From Lysobacteraceae bacterium (GTDB lineage: Bacteria > Pseudomonadota > Gammaproteobacteria > Xanthomonadales > Xanthomonadaceae), in NCBI GenBank assembly GCA_044345955.1, contig JBIJAD010000001.1, forward strand, positions 1 to 55,154: a DNA stretch of 55,154 bases. The letters are read 5' to 3'. Each line of letters opens with the position of its first letter. The stretch's first letter is position 1. Position numbers and translations under genes: made by a program. Below, piece after piece: positions 28,701 to 36,300 of the stretch. Under the pieces are notes generated by a model. The model had not been told where the DNA came from and made no database searches. It saw only the letters and a list, made by a program, of their open reading frames with translations.

Positions 28701-30214
28701 AGCGCCTGCTGGTTGGCGAGCAGATTGACCGCGCCGCGGTGTTCCAGCGCCACACCCTTGGGTGTGCCGGTGGAGCCGGAGGTGTAGATCAGATAGGCCA
28801 GATCGTCGGCGGTCGCGGCGTGCTCCGGTGCGGGCGGCGCGACCGGCTGGGTATCGTCGTCCGCGTCGAGCAGGATACGCGGCAGACCCGTATCGTCCCA
28901 GCGCGAGGCCAGCGCCGACGTGGTCAGCAGCGCACGCGCGCCGCTGTCCTGCAGGATGTGCGCGATCCGCGCCTGCGGCATCGCCGGATCGATCGGCAGA
29001 TAGGCGCCGCCGGCGATCAGCACGCCGAGGAAACCGGCCATCAGTTCCGGCGTGCGCGGGCCGCAGACCGCGACCACCGAACCCGGACCCACGCCCTGCG
29101 CGCTCAGGCGCGCGGCGAAACGGTCGGCGAGCGCTTGCAGTTCGCGGTAGCTCAGCGCATGCGTGTCGCTGCGCACCGCGATCGCGTCCGGCGTGGCGGC
29201 GGCGTGGCGCGCGATCAGCGTGTGCAGGCAGAGCTCGCGATCGAACGCGACGGCGGTGGCGTTCCATTCGAGTTGACGCCCTGCGTCCGCGGCGGCGAGC
29301 GGATCCAGCGCGCCGACCGCGGCGTCGGGCGCGCGCACAAGCGCGGCCAGCAGCGTGGCATAGGCTTGCGCCAGCGCGACCGGCGTGGCCGCGTCGAACA
29401 CGGTCGCGTCGTAGCGCACTTCCAGCCGCAGCCCGTCGTCCACGGCGCGCGGAGCGAAGGCCAGATCGAAACGCACGGGCAGCAGGCCGTCGTCGAAATC
29501 TTCCGGCAGGAACAGCAGTTGCGGCAGCGCCGGCGCTTCGCCGGCGCGCTCGAGTTCGAGCAGGTCCTGGATCAGCGCCAGCGGCAGGTCGGCGTGACGG
29601 TGCGCCGCGTGCAGCGCCTCGCGGCAGTCCTGCGCGAGTCGGGCGAACGGCGCCTGCGGGTCGATCTCGAGCAGAACCGGCATGGTTTCGCGCAGCGTCT
29701 CTCCGCGCAGGCGCTCGGCCGGCTGCGCCGACACCGGCAGGCCGCCGCCCACGAGCACCGGCGTCGCATCGCTCCAGCGCTGCAGCAGCGCCGCGAAAGC
29801 GGCGTGCAGCAGCACGTGACGCTCGACGCCCCACTGCACGGCGAGCCGATCGAGCGCCGCGAGCAGCGGCGCGTCGGCCAGATCGGTCATGGTCGAAACC
29901 GCGGTCGAAGCCGCAGCCGACGTCTCGCGGCGGTCGGCGGCCGGGCGCGGACGATCCAGCGGCAGCGCGTGCATCCGCGGGGCATCGGCCAGGTGCTCGC
30001 GCCAGAAGGCCTCCTGGGCCTGCAGCTCGGCGTCGTCCAGCCAGTCGGGCTGGGTCTGCGGCAGCGTTTCCAGCAACATCGCCTTGGCCGCGCCGATCGC
30101 CTCGCGCAGCGCGGGCGTCAGCGCGCCGCCGATGGCCCGCGCCTTGAGCTGTCCCGCCGCCACGTACACCAGCACGCCCTGACGCCGCGCCGCCACCATC
30201 AGTTCCATCGACAT
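19715..30214 (-). CDS. NRPS: betaHD dock-C*(vestigial)-A(Phe)-T-E-C-A(Thr)-T-C(modAA)-A(Asx-like)-T, 3499 aa
   Basis: ATG at 30214 with GGGAG RBS; codes DAWTVAAVCK, DFWNIGMVHK, DLPRVGHVGK; E motifs HHLVVDGVSW, EGHGRE, FNYLGQ; C motifs HHALLDG and HHAIMDG; T motifs GGDSI, GGDSI, GGHSL. Confidence 0.96.
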   Translation of the reverse strand: MSMELMVAARRQGVLVYVAAGQLKARAIGGALTPALREAIGAAKAMLLETLPQTQPDWLDDAELQAQEAFWREHLADAPRMHALPLDRPRPAADRRETSAAASTAVSTMTDLADAPLLAALDRLAVQWGVERHVLLHAAFAALLQRWSDATPVLVGGGLPVSAQPAERLRGETLRETMPVLLEIDPQAPFARLAQDCREALHAAHRHADLPLALIQDLLELERAGEAPALPQLLFLPEDFDDGLLPVRFDLAFAPRAVDDGLRLEVRYDATVFDAATPVALAQAYATLLAALVRAPDAAVGALDPLAAADAGRQLEWNATAVAFDRELCLHTLIARHAAATPDAIAVRSDTHALSYRELQALADRFAARLSAQGVGPGSVVAVCGPRTPELMAGFLGVLIAGGAYLPIDPAMPQARIAHILQDSGARALLTTSALASRWDDTGLPRILLDADDDTQPVAPPAPEHAATADDLAYLIYTSGSTGTPKGVALEHRGAVNLLANQQALFGVDRDSRVLQFASIGFDAATWEWIMALGAGATLCLCPDDIRASAEDLAEYLVARRITHATLPPALVAHMDPRRDYALRALVVAGEACPDVVRDVWAAAWPLYNAYGPSETTVCATVERLRPGEAITIGRPLRNLQVWVLDVRGRPLPAGAIGELAIGGVALARGYVGKPALTAQRFIDAELPDGRRSRLYRTGDRARLLADGRVQFLGRIDDQIKLRGLRIELGEIEAVLQAQPEVAQAVVAVRAGERGASLAAYAVPAATVAAEARDALAPTLLARLRERLPDYMVPASLLPVEAFPLNRNGKIDKPALLALDAAGAVEKDDAPRTEVERVLTALWAELLQLPRVGIHDNFFAIGGDSILSIQAVARANQAGIAMTTRQIHEHLTIAALAAQCAPTLSTDDAAEVVGESPLLPIQRRYLESRNEDLHHFNQAVLLVAPPALEADRLRATAGALVDRHAALRLVFVRDDANGGHRAHHPGREDFPLDEAVATETHDPAAEDFETFLARVCDAHQRRFDLARGPLIRLVLLRGEAQARLLIVAHHLVVDGVSWRLLLQDLEQAWANVAAGAPIALPPPGTSFQQWAQALAAHARSPQLEAELPYWLAQSQPQPLPAALAPDREPAQTPLQASTRQCEFELDEAETAQLLRESIQPYRNGVDELLLAALGLALRALGGGDTLWVALEGHGREPIGDAPDAGQTIGWFTSLFPFRVALGDGDTGRALRAVKDARRRVPHGGLGYGLLRHAVAHPALTASETMPQVLFNYLGQFDVAVSGQSAFALAAEGVGRTVSERQRREFALGFNALVSGRRLRVAIDYSADAYDAATVGRLVEAFDRALRAVLAHCLQAAPRLSGADLPLADVDLAELDALQAEYDIARLYPATAMQRGLLFHTLMDGQAYTSQIALTLEGPLDAERLHQAWQAVVDRHDVFRTAIVDAGTRPHQLVVRTATLPWEEIDLRALPEAGREAAYTRRQQALRREGFDLRRPPLMHLALFRLADDRHRLLWSHHHALLDGWSLPRVYQEVMGHYQAALAGAALPALPAPHPYEDYVAWLESRDANAARAYWNARLGDVEAPTPLSVDKLPAAREGRHRFAECTLDPDATARLLALARRSRTTLYTVLQFAWAWLLHKYSGEDSVVFGAIASGRPPELPGVEGMVGLFINTLPVRVRIDPKQDIPTALARIHRDFQDSTEAGHLPLPEIARQSGMPAGVGLFDTLMVLENYPLDQAIGADTAEGLRLSAVDAFEETHYTLTVNANLSDRLHFRCSFRTDVVAETVVERLLGHLLCLLRQLPAQDDPAALELLTAAEQSQLAAWHVAEASAPTQCLHHWFERQVAATPDAIALRCDEDSLSYAGLNARANRLAHVLRARGVGPESLVGLCVERGIPMLVGVLGILKAGAAYVPFDPSTPAARLAYLVEDSGVAAVVGERATAELLPQNAVQVLLDDPALDAAPDTDPDHDAVAVRPEHAAYVIYTSGSTGKPKGVVVEHRHVSRLMTVSERHFGFDAQDVWTLFHSYAFDFSVWEMWGALLYGGTLVIVPKEVARSPERFHRLVADRGVTVLNQTPGAFEQFRKVDAASNETLRLRYVIFGGAALDYHSLLPWMQRHPQGPRMINMYGITETTVHVTFREVTHADVLAGRGSLIGPPLADLSLLVLDPAQRPVPIGVTGELYVGGAGVSRGYLHRPELTAQRFLSLPGLTGMFYRTGDLARRHEDGELEYVGRIDNQVKIRGFRIELGEIEAELHRQPHVREALVLAPGEGAERRLVAYAVLDETAPDAGDARRAAQALREGLARTLPEHMVPSLILVIPVFPLNINGKIDRARLPKPETAIVADAEARPLTPAQARMAEVWCSVLELPAIGADDNFFAVGGDSIRAIPLVSRLKTAGFVLGIKDLFEAPTIAQLTARCEDRVDGSGAVAALAPFALLDEAMRAALASGISTGELADAYPMTALQQGMVFHNLLSHDHATYHDVMSFHVRLAWDAARFGKALAALTAQHELLRTVFSLEGQTPLQCVLARHAPEVVEIDLTALDPAARAEAIAQAVADERRFVFDPTRPPWRVLVHRRGADEFQYTLSFHHAIMDGWSVANFNTQLFNAYLGRSAPAGAPPLPFAHYVRLELDAVRDPAVRAAWREKVDGAALPWWAGRPKRRTLTGMQRLAATTSQGLAALAQRLGVQERSVLLAAHVALMALLDGGRDVVTSVVTNGRPEQEGGDRTLGLFLNSLPFRLRLEDDNWAQLVRRVDREVAAYYAIRHLPLSEIQSECGLDFSASLFNYTNFHVYQSLDEGLEVLGAQGAEEKNYAISLSISKAIGTDGPQFDVSIDVDADLFPEPFFRRIEGYLRAIVEAIAGDPDAPVALDALLGEEERERQLRTWNDTAAPFDDVALHRAFEAQARRTPDAPAVRCGAEVLDYATLNRRANQLAHALRAHGVVAGDRVGLCVTNGVGMLAGMLGALKAGAAYVPLDPAHPRSRIRQVVEDAGIAVVLTLRALAPSLAEAGAQRLVLDDADALALVPETNLDREADTRAAAYVIYTSGSTGRPKGVVVSHRALTMYLAHAQATYYAPPPQGSLVATSYAFDLTKPALYLPLLAGGEVELLDAVDPLGDLVRRIDDPACGDRLVRATPMHVQAMLDLLPDAPCPARHVFVIGGEAFPPALAQRLRQRFPQARVYNHYGPSEAVVGCTMLALDDRTELADDTLPIGRPMANTALYVLDERLQPCPIGVPGILHVAGEGLADGYLGQPELTAASFPQNPFVPGTRMYRTGDRVRYLEDGRLLFLGRADDQLKLRGFRVELGEIEAALRAQPFVREAAVVARGAGADQALVAYVVARADAGVDLAEAVRTALRARLPEYMVPAAVVALDALPLSGNGKIDRRRLPEPDWGAARRFVAPEGETEQRLARLWSELLDAAEIGATDNFFERGGHSLKATRLVSAIQREFAVQLPLLHVFQAQDLRALATRIDEQTAAARTLQAAEAAQMTEMEW

Positions 30215-30302
30215 TCCATTCCACTCCCGGAGCGGCCGCGGCCGCCCCACTGTCCAAAGTCTGCGGACACGCGCCGGGCGCGTCCGCGTCGTATCCGTTG
30301 TC

Positions 30303-33300
30303 TCAGAACGTCGTGCAGGTCGACGCCGGCTCGCTGCGCTCGACCCGCATCGCCGCCTGCGCCTCGCGTTCGGCCAGGCCGCGGGCGATGTGCGACCGCG
30401 TGTCCGCGTCCAGCCAGACCGCGGGGTCGGGGCTCGCTTCCGGCTGCTGCGCGGCCAGCGTCAGCACGCGCAGGAAGCTGGCGGCGATCGCATCGATCGT
30501 GGCCTCGTCGAACAGGTCGTCGCGATAGTAGAAGACGACCTCCAGCGCTTCTCCCGGCACGGCCATGATCGACAGCGGCAGGTCGGAGCGGTCCAGGCTG
30601 CGCACCCAGGCCACCTGCAGTTCCCCCGGCTTGGCTTCGGGCACGGTCAAGGGGAAATTCTCGAACACGAACAGGGTGTCGAACTTCGCCCGCGTCGCGT
30701 CCGGCGCGAAACCGGCGCAGGCTTCGGCCAACGGCAGATAGCCCTGTTCGTTGCGATCGGCCTGCAGCGACTGGAAACGGCGCGCGGCGTCCAGCAGCGA
30801 GCCCTGCGCGCCCAGATCGACGCGCACCGGCACGGTGCAGATCATCGGCCCGACGATGCGCTCCACGCCCTCCAGCGCGGGCGGGCGCCCGGCGTGGGTG
30901 GTGAGGAAGTTGACGTCGCTGCGGCCAGTCCATGCCGCCATCGTCAGCGCCCATGCCGCCTGCACCAGCGCACCGAGCATCACCCGGCGCGCACGCGCGG
31001 CCTGCACCAGCGCGGCGGTGGCCGCGGCCGGCAGCCGGACACTGCTGCGGGCGGTGCCCGGCGCCCGGCGGTCGTCGGACGCCGTGCGCTGTCCGGCGTA
31101 GGCGGGCATCGGCGACGCGCCGTGCAGATGTTCGCGCCAGTAACGCCCGGCGGCGGCGCGGTCGAAACGCTCCAGCCAGGCGACATGGCGCTCGAAGGAC
31201 ACCGGCACCGGCAACGCCGCATCGCGGCCGAGCGCGTGTTGACGGTACAGCGCCGCCACTTCGGCCAGCACCAGCCCGCGCGACCAGCCGTCGGAGACGC
31301 AGTGATGCTCGCTGATGAGCATGCGGTGGCGGTCCGGCGCCATCCGGATCAGATGCAGCCGCAGCGCCGGCGCGCGCGCCAGCACGAAACTGCGCGCACC
31401 GTCCTGGGCGAGCAGGTCCTCGAAGCGGCGCTCCTGCACCTCGACCGGCAGATCGGACCAGTCCAGCGCGGTCCACGGCAGCGCGACCGCATCGAGCACC
31501 ACCTGCAGATAATGGCCCTGGCGCGAAGGCAGGAACGCGCTGCGGTACACGCCGTGGCGCTGCACCACGTCCTGCCAGGCCTGACGCAGCGCGGCGGTGT
31601 CGAGCGGTCCGACCAATTCGTTCACGAGCTGCGAAACGTAGGTGCCTTCGACGCCGCTGACCTCCGACTCGTAGATCAGACCGGTCTGGGTCGGGGTGGT
31701 GCGCAGCGCGGCTTCGACCCGTTCCGGCGCGATGCCGCGCCCGCGCAGCGCGGCGCGCAACGCGTCCGCATCCACGCCGGAGCCCAGACGCGTGCCGGGC
31801 GCTTCGGCCTCGTGCGCCAGTGCGTGCAGCGCATCGGCGAAGGCCTGCGCGAAGGGCTGGATGCGCTCGCGCGCGTAGCGCGCGCCGCTGAACACGAACG
31901 AGAAACGCAAGGTGTCCTCGACCACCGCACCGACCACGTCGATCTCGTGCAGACGCTGCTGTCGCGGCGAGATCTGCGCACCGGGCGACTCGCCGGCGAA
32001 CGCGAGCAGGCGCCCGTCGTCGACATCGAAACGGCCGAGGTAGTTGAAACTGATGCGCGGGACATGGCATCCGGCGAGCGCTGCGCGCGCGGCCGGATCG
32101 CCGCCGTGGCGCAATGCGAGCCAGGAAGCGCCTTCGCCGGGCACCTGCGCCAGGCAGGTCTGCATCCGGCGCGCCCGCGTCTGCAGCGGCGCCGCGGCGT
32201 CGCAGTCCAGCGCCACCGGATAGATCGCGGTGAACCAGCCGACGGTGCGCGAGAGGTCCAATTCGGCAGCGGCGGCGCCGCGACCGTGACCTTCCAGCGT
32301 CAACAGCAGACGCGGGCTTCCGCTCCATTGCTGCCAGGCCTGATGCAGGGCGGCCAGCAGCAGATCGTTGATGCCCAGGTTCCATGCCGACGGCAGACGC
32401 TGCAGCAGCGCCTGGGCGACCTGCGGCGCCAGCGACACCTCCAGCGAGGTCTCGTCGCCGCGCAGATCGGGCACATCCCGGTCGGGTGCGGGCAGCGCGG
32501 TCGGTTCCGCGCAGGTGCGCTGCCAGTGCTCGATCGTCGCCGGATCGAGCTGTTGCGCCGCGCGAACCGCCTGCGCCGCCCATTCGCCGTAGGCGCAGCC
32601 GCGGCGGCCCAGCCGCGGCGCTTGCCCGCGCTGGAGTTGTTCCAGCGCGTTTTCCAGATCGTCGAGCAGGATCCGCCACGACACGCCGTCGATCACCAGA
32701 TGGTGTACGACCAGCAGCAGGCGGTCGTCGCCCGCATCGGGGCCGAGGAAATAGCCGGCGCGCACCAACGGTCCGCGGGCCAGATCGAGCCCCGCCTGCA
32801 GACGGTCGCAGTGGGCGGCCAGCGCCCGGGCACGGTCTGCCGGATCGGCGTCCTCCAGCGCCACCACGTCCAGCGGCACCTCGGTGTCCTCGATCAGGAC
32901 CTGCCGCAGCGCGTCGCCATCGCCGGGGAAGCGCGCGCGCAGTTGCTCGTGCTGCCGGGTCAGGGCGGCGAGCGCCTGCCCCAGCAGCGCCGGTTCGACG
33001 CGCTCGCGCAGACGCAACAGCGCGGACTGATTCATGTGCGCCGGATCTTCCAGCGTCTGATCGAAGAACCAGCGCTGGACCGGGCCCAGCGGCACCTCGC
33101 CCAGACGCAACGGCGCATCGGCGTCGTCCGCACCCGCCTCGCCGGCCGACTGCGCCAGCTCGCGCAGGGTCTGACATTCGAACACCGCGCGCGGCGCGAT
33201 CGCGATGCCCGCCTTGTTGGCGCGCGCGACCACCTGGATCGCCATGATCGAATCGCCGCCGAGTTCGAAGAAATTGGCCTGCGGGCCGACCGTCGGCGTG

Positions 33301-36300
33301 CGCAGCACGTCCTGCCAGATCGCGGCCAACTGCTGTTCCAGCGGACTCATCGCACCGGCATCGGCGGCGGTCGCGGACGTCGCCGCACCGGCATCCGAGG
33401 CCCACGCCAGACGCGCGCCGAACGCGTCGCGCAGTTCGGGCGGCGCGGCCGCATGCGCCGCATCCGGGCGCAGACGCCAGTAACCGATCGGCGCGCCGTC
33501 GAGGTGGCGGGCGGTGTTGGGGTTGCCCGGTTCCAGACCGACCAGCGCGGTGCCGCCTGCGGCGGCCAGCGCCGGCAGCAGGCTGTCCAGGCCGCGCTCG
33601 CGATCGAGCAGCGCGTAACCGCGCGCCGCCACCAGCGCCTGGCGGCCGTAGCCGCGGCTCATGCCGATCTCGTCCCACATGCTCCAGTGCACGCAGCGGC
33701 AGGCGCCGCCTTCGGCGCGGCGGTGCGCGGTGAGCGCATCGAGCAGACTGTTGGCCGCGGCATAGCCGGCCACACCGACGCCGCCGAAGAAGCCGTTGAC
33801 CGAGCCGAAGTGCACGATCTCGACCTCCGGCCGCGCCCGCAGCGATACGTGCAGCACGAGCGCGCCCAGCCCTTTGGCGTGAAGGGCCTGCAGCAGACCG
33901 GCCGGGGTTTCCTCGGCGAGCGTGCGCTCGTGCAGGCTGCCGGCCAGATGCCAGACCCGACGCAGCGGCAGGCCCAGGGTCTGTTCGTGCGTGCGCAGCA
34001 GGCGCTGCAGACCCTCGAGGTCGCAGACATCCTGCACCGCGTAGGCGAAGCGCGCGCCCCAGGTCGCGCGCAGACGCGCGTGCGCCGGCTGCCGCTCGGG
34101 ATCGGCGTCCGGCGCGCTGCGGCCCAGCACCAGCAGATGCTGGCCGCTGTGGCGCAACAGCCACTCGCACAGGGCCTGACCGATACCGCCGAGGCCGCCG
34201 GTGACCACGCACAGGCCGTCGTCCTCGAGCACGCTGGGCGTCGGCGTCGCCGTCGTCGCGACGCGCAGGCCGCGGACATGACGGCGGCCGTCGCGGAGCG
34301 CGACGGTGTCGTGTTCGGACAGCGCGGCGATCTCCGCCGCCGCCCGTGCCGCCATCGCCGGCGTGCGACTGTCCAGATCGATCTGGCGGCAACGCAGCGC
34401 GGGCAATTCCTGCGCGATCGAACGCAGCAGCCCCGGCAGCGCGCCGAGCGCCGGGTCCGAGGATTCGCCCGGGCGCAGGGCGAAGGCCCGCTCGCTGATC
34501 ACGTCCAGTGCGGCGAAGTGGGCGGCGACATGGTCGCTGGCCTCGATCACCGCTTGGGTCACCGCCAGCAGAGCGGACAGGGTCTGCGTCTGCACGTCCG
34601 TCCAGCGCGCGTGCAGCGCGTCGAGGCCGGCCTGACCGCCGCCCGCGACCTGCAGCACCAGACGCCAGTGGCGCGCGTCTTCCTGCTGCAGCGTCCGCAG
34701 CACCTGCGCGAGCTGTTCCGGCCGGTGGGTGTCGGCGACGAACGCGTCCTCGCCTTCGCGCCGGAGCGACGCGCCCCGACGGACCACGACCGCGCGCGCG
34801 AACCGCGCTGCGAGTTCCGCCGCCAGTTCGGCGATCTCCGCGCCGTCGCCGGCGATCAGCACGACCCCGGTTTCGCGCACGGCGCGACCGGTCGCCGGCA
34901 ACGGACGCCAGGTCGGCTCGAAGAACCAGGCCGGCAGGCCGTCGCCGTCGCGCGCGGCGAGACGGGCGTCGAACTCGCCCTGGTTGAAGCGCTGCGCCAG
35001 TTGCGGCCGCTGGATCTTGCCGATCGAAGTGCGCGGCAATTCCTCGGCCGTCATCTCGATCAGATAGCTGACCGGGATGCCGATCCGCGCCAGCACCGCG
35101 CGCGCGATCCGCGCACGCAGCGACTCGTTGTCGCGCGCGCGCTCGTGCGCGCAGTAGAACACCGCCAGGCGGTCGGTGTTGTCGCCGCGCCGGCGCACGC
35201 CGCAGGCCGCGACGTGGGCTTCCAGCACGTCGGGCACCGACTCCACCACCTGCTCGATCTCGTGGCCGTAGTAGTTGAGGCCGTTGACGATGATCAGATC
35301 CTTCTCGCGGCCGGTGATGGTCAGTTGGCCGTCGCGCAGCACCGCCAGGTCGCCGGTGATGTACCAGCCATCGGTGGTGAAGGCGTCGCGAGTGGCCTCG
35401 GGATTGTTGTGATAGCCGCTGGTGACCGAGGGGCCGCTCAACTGCAGGCGACCGTCGCAGCCTTCCGCCACCGGGCGGTCGTGGGCGTCGACGATCCGGA
35501 TCGATACGCCGGGAATCGGCGCGCCGACGACGACGAAGCTGTCCTCGTCGGCGCTGTTGTCGAGGTCGAAACGGTCGTTGAAGGTCACGCCCGAGCAGGT
35601 CTCGGACATGCCCCAGGCCGGCTTCATCGCGTTCGGGCGCAGGCCGTAGGGCGCCAACGCGCGGAGGAAGGCGCGGGCCGTGCGCGGCACGATCGATTCG
35701 CCGCCGTTGAGGATGAAGTCGAGCTCGCGCAGATCCCAGTCCTGCGGGCCGGCCTGGGCCAGCAGCTCGTTGACGACCGCGTAGGCGAAGTTCGGCGCCC
35801 AGGTGTTGGTCACGCGGTAGCGACTCATCCACTCGATCCAGCGCAGCGGCTGTTCCAGCACCACCTGGGTGGCGCAATGGAACTGGCGCGCGCCCAGATA
35901 GACGTCGAGCAGGTGATACATCACCAGCCCGCCGACGTGGTCCAGCGGCATCCAGTTGAGCGACACCATGCGATGGTCGAAGCCGAAGCGCTGTGCGGTG
36001 GCCGCCGAACGGCTGACCAGCGCGCGATGCGACTGGCGCACCGCCTTGGGCAGACCGGTGCTGCCGGAAGTGAGCAACAGCAGGGCGACATCGTCCGGAT
36101 CGGGGCTGTGCCAGTCGCCCGCGGGCGCATGTTCGAGCAGGGCTTCGATCGCGAGCGCCGGCAGCGCCGACAGCCCCAGCGCCTGCGCCAGACGCGCGGT
36201 TTCGGCGTCGTGATCGCGGCTGGTCAGCACCCAGGCCACATCGAGCGCGGGCCAGGCGTTGGTGATCTTGGTCAGATCCTTGTCCTGCGCGTCGGCGGTC

